Origin: Ruditapes philippinarum
Taxonomy: Eukaryota
Assembly: GCF_026571515.1 (NCBI RefSeq)
Contig: NW_026863858.1
Location: forward strand, 62,001-126,000
DNA length: 64,000 nt
Reading direction: 5' to 3'
Shown: positions 1 through 13,328 of the stretch, in pieces
How positions within the stretch are numbered: the first letter of the stretch is position 1
How the letters are laid out: every line of letters begins with the position of its first letter
Notes under the pieces: model-generated
The model's database searches: none
The model's input: only the letters and a program-made list of their open reading frames with translations
What the model was told of the DNA's origin: nothing
Translations under genes and position numbers: made by a program

Positions 1-2189
1 CAGTCAGCCTCAGTGAAAGGCAAGCAAATAAATTCACTCATACCACAAGCAATCAAGTAACTTGCAGCAAAGTATCTTACCGGTAGGCTACAATTGATAT
101 AGTGTTTGCAAAGTGGACATGGCAATTGTGCAAAGAGCATTAAGTCTTGATTAGCTCTAAAACATTATAATTTTATTTTTGTTGTTGTTGTTGTTGTTGT
201 GTTGCTTTAGTTTCACGTCGCTCCACCAAAAAATCAAATGAGCTTTAAATTTGTTAAAGGTGCATGCATGCATATGTCTGCTCATACGCCAAAATATTCC
301 AAGAAAATCTAACTTTACAAAATGTACTAAGATTTTTAAGAAAAGTCAAACATATTTAAGAATCAGGTATATGTGATAATTTTCATGATGTGTGCGAATA
401 ATGAGTGACTTTTGCAGTATTTCTTACCATATTTCTACGACGTGACTAACGCATTGGATTCTTTGAAATCACAATATTTTACATTTCAATAAATTTTCAA
501 AATGTTTGTGAAAATAAGAATGCACCTGGAGGCATGCTGCTTTAACAAAATTTAACAATATTTCCTATCAAATAATAGAGCACATGTTATACATACATGG
601 TTGACGTTGGAAGAATGGTCTAGAATCATCTTTCACTTCGTATCCCTCTTCTATTTCCGACATTGAAATTGGTGCAGACATACTTTTTAACCCAGACTTT
701 AATCCACAACTTTTATTTATCAAATATCTTTCTTTCCGTTTTTTTGTGACGCTAAATGCTCTTTAGTCTCTCAAAACTAAACTTTGTTGTCCTTATTTTC
801 TTTCACGTACTTGAAATATATTTTTAATTACTTTATAACGTAGCATCACACATTATACCATTTACATAGGTAGATAACGGATCAAAGATATTCTCATAAA
901 AATGGACGCCTAAGTATAAAGTCAAACATAAATCCATTAAAATGATATTATTTTTATCTTTAAAATGTTTTGTTTAAGATAATTTCCAATTTGAATTTTT
1001 AAAAGCCGCGCTAAGCTTTGATCAAATATTTAACGATTTTAAGTGTACATTTACTTTCATGTTAACTCAGTATCGTCGTATTATTAATTCAACACATCCC
1101 ATAATACCGTGTTCTTAAAAATACTTTCAAATATTTTAACAACTTAATTCAACAGTCATCCAATTAACACCAAATCAACTTTTGAATAAAATCTAATTCC
1201 CAAAATAAATGGTGTATTTAATGTACTGACTTTCCATAAACTTTAAAATAACATTCCTTGTAAAATCTACTTTAGAATTATCAATAACTTTAAAGTGATT
1301 ATAAAGGCAATTTTATGCCTTTTTACACCCATTTTTGATATCATAATTTCGATAGTTTTCATTTCTCTATTCATGTAAATAATAAGTGGTATGAAATTAA
1401 ATTACAGCCTTGTAAAACTAGGAGACGTAAACTTTTTTTATATTTTATTTTTAGATGTGCGAATGATTGATACGGCTTCATTGTGCATTGTACGTTTTGT
1501 GTGTGTGTTTGAATTTTTTCCCCATTTTCTAACAATAATTGTTAACCTTGGGTTTATTCAAATCAAATATATATCAAATATCGGGTATTTCATGTCACAT
1601 CGCAATTAGCTTTTATTTTCCCTATTATAATTTGATATTTCAATCAATTATAATTCTTTACATAAAGAATGTTAAGGTGAAGGTCAAATAACTCAGTGAA
1701 AGGTCATATTATGTTTATACAGTAAAAGTAGGGTTATTGAAATAATAAAGACACTATAAACGACATTCGAATCGGAAAACATTCGCATTTAAAAAATGTA
1801 TAAGCTTGCCCCTCTACAATAATAACTTTAGGTACGTTTTCTTTCACATACAATAATGCCTTGTTGCAATTATTGTTCTTTCTACATATAAGGTCTTTCG
1901 TTTAATTTGTCGTCTGCGGTGAACACTTTACCTCTCATCTCTCGTGTCTTTTTCCTTCCCGCATTTTTTTTTTAATTCTTTGACCATGCCTTTAATATTT
2001 TTTTTCTTGATTTCACATTTTGGAAATGACTTTTGAAGAATCCTCGTGAGATTGACATAATTATTCCCATTCCCCGCTCTTTTTTATTCTCATGCCCCGC
2101 CCTTTGAAGCATGTTTGCTTTATTTTCGGTGCGATACTAGGCACCTTTGCTCTTGTCTTTCTCTTTTGATTTATAGCTAAATATGTATA

Positions 2190-3087
2190 CAGTAAACTCG
2201 GCTTATAACGAACTCACTGGGACATTATATCCGGAGTTCCTTGTAAGCATATAGCGAATTAGTTCGTTGTATCAGGAGTTTTTATAGCGAACAGATTTAC
2301 ATATAACGAACTGATTGTTTACTATTGTCCGCCATTTTTGAAGAGAATTTGATTAAGAAATAGAAATATTTGTCATTTATTCATATTTTAGACACACTAC
2401 CCGAGAGCGTACTTTTTGGAATTCGAAAATCATTGCTATTTCAGTTTTAGTTTTACTCCTTATCTCAATTTTACATAAAATATAATATTTTCGTTTTCTT
2501 TCCATGATTGAGAATAAACAAGATTTTCCATTTTTCCCTCCTTTTATATTGAATATCTTTTATTATAATTTAAGGGTGACATTTACTAATGTAAGATATA
2601 GATTTCTTTTCATTTAAAAAGCATGCATGATTATGTTGAAAACCGATTATAAATTATTATAATTATTTTACTCGAGCAAAACTATTGAAGAAAATAAATA
2701 AATAACCGTTTTATCTTGGTGAAAAGAGCTCATGCTAAAAATATCCAAAATAGAAAACTATACAAATTCATTTGAATAGATGTATTGAAGTACATACAAC
2801 GATAAACGTTACATTCGCCCGAGTTTTAATCCGTGCATTGAACATGCAGGATCTATTTACGGATAGCCAATATTTTGGAGTTCGTTATAAAAGTGTAATT
2901 TTCTGTACTATTAGCTAAATTGGGACTAAGAAATGAGTTTTTTATAAGCGATAATTCCTTATAACGTGTTCGCTATAACCATATATTTTTGTATTAAATA
3001 AAGAAGGCCAAAATGCGGGCCAAAATAAGTTGTTCCCTATAACCGGAAGTTCGCTATAACCGTGTTCGCTATAAGTGAAGTTTACTG
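2190..3087. mobile_element. Non-autonomous Tc1/mariner-pogo-type DNA element (MITE)
   Basis: TA|CAGTAAACTcggcttataacgaac at the left end and gttcgctataagtgaAGTTTACTG|TA at the right end: imperfect terminal inverted repeats with TA target duplication. Subterminal tatagcgaa/gttcgctataa motifs are repeated. Confidence 0.75.
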
Positions 3088-3202
3088 TAGTGCTTTTCCT
3101 GACACAAAATGTAAGCATCCTGCCATCATAACAACACTTATAAAAACACGTCATGCTTTGTCACGTATAGTAAGTTTGGTAAGTGCACTATATTTATTTA
3201 TT

Positions 3203-5898
3203 TTTAGCTCGACTATTCGATAAGAATAAGTACAGCTATTGTAGTCACCCGAGCGTCGGCGTCGGCGTTGGTGTCCGCGTCGGCGTAACCACTTATGTTA
3301 AAGTTTTTGTAATAGTTCAAATATTTTCAAAGTCCATTGACATATGGCTTTGAAACTTGGCACACTTGTTCACCATCATGACCCCAACCTGTAGACAGGA
3401 AGACAGGAGGAGGTAACTGTATCAAGCATTTTGACAGAATTATGCCCCTTTTTAGCTCGACTATTCGAAGAATATGAGAGCTATTGTAGTCGCCCCGGCG
3501 TCGGCGTCGGCGTCTGCGTTGGTTAAAGTTTTTTGTAAAGTCAAATATCTCAATTATTACTTGAGATATTCAATTGAAACTTACAATACTTATTTATAGT
3601 AACAAGGTACATCAGATTGACAAGTTGGATAACTCTGCCTACAATATTGACAGAATTATGCCCCTTTTTAACTTATAAATTTTGGTTAAAGTTTTTTGTA
3701 AAGTCAAATATCTCAATTATTGCTTGAGATATTCAATTGAAACTTACAATACTTATTTATAGTAACAAGGTACATCAGATTGACAAGTTGGATAACTCTG
3801 CCTACAATATTGACGAATAATGCCCCTTTTTAACTTAGAAATTTTGGTTAAAGTTTTTTGTAAAGTCAAATATCTCAATTATTGCTTGAGATATTCAATT
3901 GAAACTTACAATACTTATTTATAGTAACAATGTACATCAGATTGACAAGTTGGATAACTCTGCCTACCAGATGACAGAATTATGCCCCTTTGAAAAAATT
4001 TTAGTTAAAGTTTTTTTGTAAAGTCAAATATCTCAATTATTGCTTGAGATATTCAATTGAAATTTAAAATACTTATTTATAGTAACAATGTACATCAGTT
4101 TGCAAAATTGCATAACTCTGTCTGCAATATTTGCAGAATTATTTGCCCATTTGAAACTTAGAAATTTTGGTTAAAGGTTAACGGTCTTCAAAGGTATTTA
4201 CTTGAAACTTTACACATGCACTTAGGGTCATAATTGGAGGGTCATAATTGTATGTCACTGACCAAGTTCCATAACTCTATCTTGCATTAAGGCTGATTCA
4301 TATCCCCTTTTCTACTTAGTTTCTTGGTTAATGTTTACATGCAAGTTTTACATATCTCAATAACTATTAAAGATATTTATTTAAAACTTCACATATGCAT
4401 TTAGGGTCATAATTGTAGGTCACTGACAAAGATCCATAATTCTATCTTGCATTTAGGCTGATTTTTCTCCCCTTTTTCAACTTAGAAATTCATGGTAAAG
4501 TTTTGCTTGTAAGCTGTTATCTCAATAACTACTGAAGGGTTTGTGCCTTTTTTGGGACAATTTTATGCATTCATAATAATAAAGCAGTGATTTACTTGAT
4601 AAAACATCTTAATAACAAACCTTTGTACCTTTTCTGTCAAATTTATTTATTCATAGGTAATTAGTATTATTATACTCAATAAAAAAACCCTTGTGACATT
4701 ACCTTCCGAATAGTCAAGCCAATTCTGTATAATTAGACTCTCTCTAAGGCCTATAACATGAATTTATAAAAAAAAATTAGCCCTTTTGTGAACTTAAAAA
4801 ATTTAACAATATAAAGGCTCTTTTACTATCAAGCACTTAGAACAGTCGAGCATGCTGTCCTACAGACAGCTCTTGTTCGACTTAGAATTTACGTTAAAGT
4901 TTTTGTAATAGTTCAAATATTTTCAAAGTCCATTGACATATGGCTTTGAAACTTGGCACACTTGTTCACCATCATGACCCCAACCTGTAGACAGGAGGAG
5001 GTAACTGTATCAAGCATTTTGACAGAATTATGCCCCTTTTTTGACTTAGAGTTTACGTTAAAGTTTTTGTTATAGTTCAAATATTTTCAAAGTCCATTGA
5101 CATATGGCTTTGAAACTTTGACCACTTGTTCATCATCATGACCCCAACCTGTAGACAGGAGGAGGTAACTGTATCAAGCATTTTGACAGAATTATGCCCC
5201 TTTTTTGACTTAGAGTTTACGTTAAAGTTTTTGTAATAGTTCAAATATTTTCAAAGTCCATTGACATATGGCTTTGAAACTTGGCACACTTGTTCACCAT
5301 CATGACCCCAACCTGTAGACAGGAGGAGGTACCTGTATCAAGCATTTTGACAGAATTATGCCCCTTTTTCGACTTAGAATTTACGTTAAAGTTTTTGTAA
5401 TAGTTCAAATATTTTCAAAGTCCATTGACATATGGCTTTGAAACTTGGCACACTTGTTCACAATCATGACCCCAACCTGTAGACAGGAGGAGGTACCTGT
5501 ATCAAGCATTTTGACAGAATTATGCCCCTTTTTCGACTTAGAATTTACGTTAAAGTTTTTGTAATAGTTCAAATATTTTCAAAGTCCATTGACATATGGC
5601 TTTGAAACTTTGAACACTTGTTCACCATCATGACCCCAACCTGTAAACAGGAGGAGGTAACTGTATCAAGCATTTTGACAGAATTATGCCCCTTTTTGGA
5701 CATAGAATTTACGTTAAAGTTATTGTAATAGTTCAAATATTTTCAAAGTCCATTGACATATGGCTTTGAAACTTTGCACACTTTTTCACCATCATTACCC
5801 CAACCTGTAAACAGGAGGAGGTAATTGTATCAAGCATTTTTTTTTACTATCAAGCACTAAGAATAGTCGAGCGTTGCTGTCCTACCGACAGCTCTTGT
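3203..5898 (+). mobile_element. Helentron-associated non-autonomous element (HINE/DINE-like) with internal 164-bp tandem array; interrupted by a nested relative
   Basis: 5' ttttAGCTCGACTATT, then a (GTCGGC)n microsatellite and ~7 copies of a 164-bp unit (acgttaaag at 4891, 5055, 5219...). 3' end has the inverted repeat AATAGTCGAGC, the hairpin GCTGTCctaccGACAGC and terminal CTCTTGTT. Confidence 0.8.
3451..4877 (+). mobile_element. Second HINE-like element (~162-bp tandem units) nested in the first
   Basis: Has its own ttagctcgactattcg start, cgtcggcgtcgg microsatellite and ~4 close plus 2-3 diverged ~162-bp units. Ends aacagtcgagc-atGCTGTCctacaGACAGC-tcttgtt; the host unit resumes at 4878 (cgacttagaattt). 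Confidence 0.8.
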
Positions 5899-8150
5899 TG
5901 TGTATTGTTTTTATATCAAATTTCACACTTTATTGGCGACGCCGGTGAGCGGCGTCGTCTCTTATGGAATGCTCTTTATTTTGGCCTATGGAAGGAGCTG
6001 TTATTATTAGCAGTTAATGTCATGTTGTGTTATGATTCGTAAAAATCAAGTAAACAAATATGTTGTTATATTTGTATTTAATAACTTTATGTAAACAGCA
6101 TGTGCATTGTGATATTATTTTCACGAAATTGCAGGCTCAGTTTAACAGCTTGTCCCTTAGCTTTATTGGCAATACTAAAACCCGGATTTCGAATATCGTT
6201 GTGGTCTACATTGATGCCGTTTTCTTTTTCATTCATTTACATATTTTCAAAATTTTCCTACAAGAAGAACTTCACCTGCAAATGAGTATTGGTATTGGTA
6301 ATGGAACTGTTGTAAACGATTATCTTATTGATTTTATCCATATTACATTTATCTATTGCACAGAATATTGTTTTTACAAAGTGTACCAGTATCCGGATGG
6401 TGAAAGCTATCCGAATTTATGCAATTACTGCTGTCACATGGCCATCTAACTTTTTATGAATACTTTACCATAACTTTGCATGGCTTAATAAAACTGAGCC
6501 TGCAACATTTAATAATTTTGCTGTTTAGGGTGTTCTTTTGGGTTTCAGGTTTTCTCTATTTTAAGGGGAAGTAACTCAGGTTTACTAAATTATTTGTTCT
6601 TTCTGTCTATCTTAGGTCATATGAAAAAGACAATGCCTCAAAGCGAGCTCGATGTACTTTTAACGTGAAAAAGTATGAAATAATCGCTCCTTTTTATTTC
6701 AAATGCAGTGACGAGTGCGTGTGACGTCACACGCACTGTGTTAAATATGACTCCGCCCCTGTCGTTAAATGAATAACGAGTTTTGAAAACGTTGATAAAA
6801 CTTTGTTTCTTTATGTTATTTCACTCTATAATTTTTCGAGCGAAATAAAGATTATTAAAAGTGAAATAAATGTAAAACTTAAAACATTTGCGACATTAAA
6901 ATAGCGTACTTGATTTGATTGTTTTGCACGTGCTGTTTTGCGCTACATTGTGACGTCACGTAAACAATACTTTAAACGTCTGTACAGCGTTAACGACTAA
7001 ATAAAAGATATTGGTGTTCGCCGCCTTTTATCATTTAGTTACATTGTAAATGGCGGCGCCCGACTAGAACTGACACTGAAAATTTCATTGATAGGTATAG
7101 AATTCTATATATTTTTAATTGTTTTTTATTTGATTTTCTTTTAAATATACACGTGTAGTCTATAGCCGGGCAAGCCAAAGCCCGGACCCGCTTCGCGGGC
7201 CCGGTCTTTGACTTCCCCGTATGATGAGACTTACAATATTTCTGTATCTAAAGAGTTACAGTTATGATGGATGAGACTTGCATTTAAATTTATGAATGAT
7301 AATACATGTATTGATTAGTCTACAGGTTATAGGTGTTTATACCCAGTGTTAGCTGGCTAATAATAGTATCTATAATAGAGTTTATACATTATAGTTTTCT
7401 TTTTAGTACTAGATTTTGAATTCCATCCATTAGTACCAATGTTAATGTTAATGTTAGGATTTCATATCTATTTAACAGAAACTGGGAATTATTAATGTTA
7501 TGTGCATACAACATGTATATCTTAGTATATGGATATGATATGACTTAAAATAGTTCTGTATTAAAAGAGTTACAGTTATGACATTATTATTAAAGGGATG
7601 AGACTTTCATTTAAAGTTATAACAGTGTGGCAATACCACGTGACATTGACGTCATTTTCGGCATCATTTCCAAGACAAATGTTGCTCGAATTGGAAAAGA
7701 AAATAGCCGTAAATATTTTATTTCTGTACCAATTTCTTTAGGATATGCACCAGTCTACGGGGGAAAATATAAGCTTTCCATAAAATAATGAATCTTCGTC
7801 AGTTTATAAGCCGTTTAATCAAACACTTTGCATAACCTTGGAAGTTGCTTGTATTAGAGCGGGCTTCAGTTGCAAGCTTTTTCGTTTTCTGGCCTTATCT
7901 GGTCTACGTCATGATTAAAAAGTCAGGTTTACATCAACCGGGAGAACGGAAGGCAAAACTCTACCTAAATATGTTCATAATTTTATTATGAATGACATAA
8001 ATCTTACATTTTTCTTCAATAATTGTCAATTCTGGCACCAGTTCCAAGTCGAAAAAAAGGACTACAGTTTAAAGCAGATTTAATAAAACCTACAGATCTT
8101 TAATGTCTACCTTGTTACAGGTCTAAACTTATGAAAAGTTTTAACTGTGA

Positions 8151-8237
8151 ATAGGGAAGTATGTATAGGGAAGTATGTATAGGGAAGTATGTATAGGGAA
8201 GTATGTATAGTGAAGTATGTATAGTGAAGTATGTATA
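8151..8237. repeat. 14-bp tandem repeat (ATAGGGAAGTATGT) x ~6
   Basis: Direct reading of the sequence. Confidence 0.9.
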
Positions 8238-8971
8238 AGCCATCATCTTTTTTATTGTTGTCTTTCATATTTAGTTTTGTCCATCCAATTTATCTTACAT
8301 TGTATTTTTCATACCATTATAAGTGCATGCCTGAATGTTAATCACGAGAAACTTGTAGTTTAAGTGATAAGTAAATGTTCTTCTTCTTGCTGTATTACAA
8401 CAATTATACGTTACATATGAGCAGAAAAATTATTCTAAATTCCTCCGGATTTAGAAAATGAACTTAACCTGTCAAATTATAATGCATGTAATATTTTTGT
8501 AGAATATCTTTCACATTTGTTTTTAGTGTCTACCTTTTAACTCTATAGATGAAGATTATATATTATACACACTGACTATATGTAGTTATCGCACTGTACA
8601 ACATTGAGTATACGATTTATACCATATATGCATATCCAACGAAAATGTCTCTCAGCTTTGATAGGACTTTAAAATTTTGGCATTCACAATAAACATTTTT
8701 CCTCGTGTATTAATATCACTTCTAAGTGGCATCATTGTTTTCTCCTTCCTTCTCCCCCTGTCCCCTTCCCCATTCTCCACACCTACATGAACAAAGCATA
8801 TGGATAATCTGCTTGACGTGGACTCGTCAATTCTGTCTTTCAACTAAATTGAATGTGTAAAACATGTGAGTCCTCTATCTTTGAGAAATGAAGAAATCTA
8901 ATCTATAATATGTACATGTACAAATGTTTGGAATTTTAAATGTTTCTCAGGTGTTCATACCCATTTCTTGT

Positions 8972-9740
8972 AGTATTTTAGACGTCCATGCCAATTTCTT
9001 GTATTTCAGATGTCCGTACCCAAATGTCCATATCCATTATTGTATTTCAAATGTCCGTACCCATTATTGTATTTCAAATGTCCGTACCCATTATTGTATT
9101 TCAAATGTCCGTACCCATTATTGTATTTCAAATGTCCGTACCCATTATTGTTTTTCAAATGTTCGTACCCATTATTATATTTCAGATGTCCGTACCCATT
9201 TTTTTGTATTTCAAATGTCCGTACCCATTATTGTATTTCAGATGTCCGTACCCATTTTTTGTATTTCAGATGTCCGTACCCATTTTTTGTATTTCAGATG
9301 TCCGTACCCATTATTGTATTTCAGATGTCCGTACCCATTTTTTGTATTTCAGATGTCCGTACCCATTTTTTGTATTTCAGATGTCCGTACCCATTTTTTG
9401 TATTTCAGATGTCCGTACCCAAATGTCCATATCCATTATTGTATTTCAAATGTCCGTACCCATTATTGTATTTCAAATGTCCGTACCCATTATTGTATTT
9501 CAAATGTCCGTACCCATTATTGTACTTCAGATGTCCGTACCCATTTTTGTATTTCAGATGTCCGTACCCATTTTTGTATTTTAGATGTCCATACCAATTT
9601 CTTATATTTCTTGTATATCAGATGTCCGTACACATGTCTTGTATTTCAAATGTTCAAATTCCTACCCTGAATTTCAGATGTCCATACCCATTCCTTGTAT
9701 TTCAGATGTTCAAATTTCTGCCCTGTATTTTGGATGTACA
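8972..9740. repeat. 26/27-bp minisatellite (TGTATTTCARATGTCCGTACCCATTAT)n
   Basis: Many near-identical units. They generate the repetitive ORFs in all three + frames (CISNVRTHY / VFQMSVPII / LYFKCPYPL). Confidence 0.95.
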
Positions 9741-10587
9741 TATCCTTGTCTTCTATTAAAGATTATCAAATCCGTGTAAGGGGACCGACATTCTTTATTT
9801 CCTGATTGAACCTTATACACATTACATATCTACATATTTACTTTCACACATATTTAAGATAACATTTACACTCCCTTGCCTAATTCAACTTTGCATTTTT
9901 ATCGCCTGCGCCTTTCTAATTTCCATGTTGTAAAGTCTGGTAAATGACCGATACCCTGTAATGATTCTTTAAAGGATTGACAATCTGTATATGAACTACG
10001 TAAATAACCGAGGTATATCGAGTGAAAAAAACACGAGTTGTTTCCCTTATCTTCGAATTAATGCTAAAACAATGCAAATTTAGCCGTTTTTAAACCGCTA
10101 GTTTGTGGCGATTTAAAATCCGATTTTGAAATTTATTACACCAATGAAAAGCTTAAGATCTTAGCTTTGTCTCATTAATATTTAACACATTGTTTATCAC
10201 TAAAGGTATTTAAATTTTCGGTTTTGTCACTTACCACAAGTCAGACCATTTTACATTCGTTCTATACAGTAAGATACGTCGCAATTCTACTAATAAGAAA
10301 AGCCTGTCGTCTTGTCAATTGGTGTATTTAGTTTTGGCCCTAACTGCTCTTATGGTTTATCCGAATTTGGTCATTTTTTGTATCGATACTGTTATAATAC
10401 ATATACATACATGATTCTTAAAGTAACATTAGTATAAAGTAAGTAAACAGGAGAAATCTATTTCGGTATAGGAGCGCTTTCTGTTATCTCACTTTTTGGC
10501 AATGTGAATGACATATATGAGGATGGGTTAAAATGTAATGCAGTATGGCCAATAAGTTTAACAAAAGAGCAAATATAATTTCCCAAT

Positions 10588-10905
10588 ACAACCCTTCGAA
10601 ATAATCTTCTTCTACATAAGTACAAAGTTTTAGAAGTTTATTCCAATTTTCAAATGCTTAGTACACCTCTTAGTATACCTGTAAATATCAATATCAGAAA
10701 AATGGTCGAACCAAGTCCATTTCTGTAGCAATGACCTGCAAGCTGTTGGTTTTTTTTCAGTCCAGGAGGGAAATGGAAAAAAAGTCACAGGGTGCCAAGT
10801 CTGGAGAATACGATGAATGTTTAAGGATAGTTAATCATATTTCTCGAAAATATCAATTAAAGCTGCTCCTTTGTTTGAAGGAGCGTTGACATGCAGAAAA
10901 TACAT
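10588..10905 (-). mobile_element. Degenerate mariner transposase C-terminal remnant
   Basis: Minus strand reads FLHVNAPS (cf. LHDNAPAH) near 10880-10900, YSPDLAPCDFF at 10810-10778 and AFENWNKLLKLCTYVEEDYFEGL near 10660-10590; frameshifted. Confidence 0.8.
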
Positions 10906-11400
10906 ACCTTTCATAGGACGAACTTTGAAGGACGAACTTTATTGAAATGTTTTTACAATTTTTCTTAGTGAACAAGACATCTTTACATTTTTTAGATTTG
11001 TCAGAACAGGTTCTAGAAACAGAAATCTGGAAATAGTTCCGCAGCTTTTGAAAAAATTAAACGTACATTATAACTTTCTTGACACCTGTAAATCGTTTGG
11101 CAATGCATGGCCGACAGAAAAAATAAAACGACGGTTGTCACATTTAGGAAACATTTCCAGTTATTTTTGATAGCATTTAACTCGCTCATTCTTCAGTTAA
11201 GAGGTTAGAAAATAGGGTATCCGCCGGGCAGTTATTTGTTTTGATATCCCCTGCGATATTGGCAACATGTATTTTCATGGGTAAGTGAAAGTCTGACATC
11301 TTTGTCAATGATAAGCTTGACTTTGAAATGTTTTGTCAGTAACTATAGATCGTTTTCTACCATACTCACAGGCATCTTTAAAGATTGAAATTATGCATTT

Positions 11401-11759
11401 TTAAGGCCCATTATGTCCAAATAATGTTTTTATTTTTTTTATTCTCTCTGTCTTCTTTTTGATGTGCTTTTATAGTTTTTAAAAAAGTTTTTGGTTTGCC
11501 ATTTATCTGAACCATTTCTTTCTTCTGTTGACTTTTGGCAATTAGTACAGTTATAGTGATTTAGTATTTTGTATAGAATACTTCTTTGTTTACATTTGGC
11601 TACTTTTATTACCAAAGAAAAATCACATTCAGCACTAATTTTTTCATGCCATAAGGATCTAACACGCTCATAAACCATTATTTAAACGCTATAAAACTGA
11701 TGTTTGCCGTTTCTTATCGAGGAAAATGTATTTGTTTTCGAGGCATAATGTGCCTTTAA
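11401..11759. mobile_element. ~350-bp TTAA-flanked MITE (Kolobok-like termini), copy
   Basis: ttaAGGCCCATTATG ... CATAATGTGCCTttaa. Related copies at ~14759 (left end only recognised), 20586-20955, 23588-23950 and 42790-43132. Confidence 0.6.
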
Positions 11760-13202
11760 AAAAGGAAAACACATGTTTCCGTTTGGAGTTCCTGTTTGTA
11801 AAATTGAAATATCGTTTACTTATCACAATTTCTATCGCACAATATTAACAATTATTAACACTCACCGTTCCTCAACAAAACGAATATACAGAACTACCAC
11901 AGGCACCGTTTTAATTTCCTTCTTTGAAGAGCTGGTGTAAATTTTTTGAGCGCGTGATAATTATCTGTTGAAAAAGGTTCTTAACCTCTCCTCTTGTAGC
12001 ATCATTATAAATGACTTGCGATATTTTTTTATCAAAACAAATAACAGGAAAAGGAAAGATATAAAAAAGAAGGAAAATCAAAGGGCCATAAAATGAGCAC
12101 ATCACAAAATATTAGAACTGCAATTGCATACTTTTTACTCTGTTTAAACCATTGATCCTTCATTACAAAATATTTCTAAATTAAAAAGTCATCATTTGAA
12201 AATTATTAAGTAATAAGTATCAAGTTTATTGGATATATTTCCCAGTTTGCATATTTACAATACAAAACATGAGACAAATACATTTGTAATAATAACTAAT
12301 AATAAAAAGTCGCTTGAACATGTGAGGGCAACACTGTATAAATATTAAATCTAAGATTCAAAAAATATATTCCATATAAGCAATTATGTAAAAAAAAAAT
12401 TTTTTTGTTCCTTTACGAATATAATTTTACATTCATTTCATTTATCAAAAAGTAATTTACAAAGACATTTTATTAAGAATTTTAAAAAACAAATTACAAT
12501 ATATTTTTGAAACATCGATAATCATATATTAACTGTCAAATATTCATCATCAAAGTTCTCAAATTAACACATACATTTGTTCATTAAAATGTTTTTATTT
12601 CAAAATTAAATTTATTAAAACTTTATTTCACATAATCTATTCATAATACAATATTTATTATTTTAATTCAAATGTCAAAACGGACGTAATGCCTTCATTA
12701 CGTAATATGAGTTACTGCTGTTTCGCACTAAGCCATCGAAACTTTAAATCATATCTATGGAATAATTAAAACAAAATATATTTTATTTGAATTTTATGGT
12801 ATTCAAAATATGCTTTCAAAAATACAAACTTAAAATCAGTTCGAAAAGACTTTCATATAAGTTAATCAAATTCATTTCTTAAAATAAAAAGTTTATTGCA
12901 GTGTTGTCGATAAATCAAACTCCCAGAGGGCAATTGTCAAACTTTACGAAAAACTTTGTTGTTGTTGTTTTCAATAAGTTTCTCTCAAACTCTTTCCCTA
13001 ATGTCATTAATAATATGTATCAAATTTCTCACTTTGAATTGAAATATGTCTGTTATTTTAAGTGAACAAACAAACATCCTGTTTTTGCTTTCACGGATCA
13101 ATCCTCAAACATTGAACTGCCGGAGTTTTTGGTGTTAGCCATTTACATTTTTACCACTGCTGAGTTGTGCTGCTATTTTGAGATTATTTTTATATCACTT
13201 AA

Positions 13203-13328
13203 TCATTTACATTTGTACACCTCGCTAAAGAATTCTACCAGGAAGTCCGTGACGATTCCCTTGTCCGGTATATTCGCCATCATACCGTAAACACCCGCCG
13301 TTCCTTTCTTTGCCAGGGCTTTATTATC
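13203..13328 (-). CDS. SGPL1: SGPL1-like terminal exon ([41 protein letters not shown])
   Basis: ttacag acceptor, 126 nt in phase 0; matches the SPL C-terminal A.YGM...IPD motif. Confidence 0.9.
   Translation of the reverse strand, partial: DNKALAKKGTAGVYGMMANIPDKGIVTDFLVEFFSEVYKCK

Noticed and set aside
1930-2170. Purine/Lys-rich minus-strand stretch ending in a gtaaag donor-like site
   Set aside because: Contains stops or frameshifts and no recognisable motif; cannot be called an exon.
6721-7655. Cluster of TGACGTCA (CRE) palindromes (also 32281, 32587, 33942)
   Set aside because: Not tied to an identified promoter and likely carried by repeats; no support for a regulatory role.
8924-9759. 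Three overlapping 200-250 aa ORFs with Cys/Tyr/Pro repeats
   Set aside because: Products of a stop-free 27-bp minisatellite open in all three frames; no splice or domain evidence.
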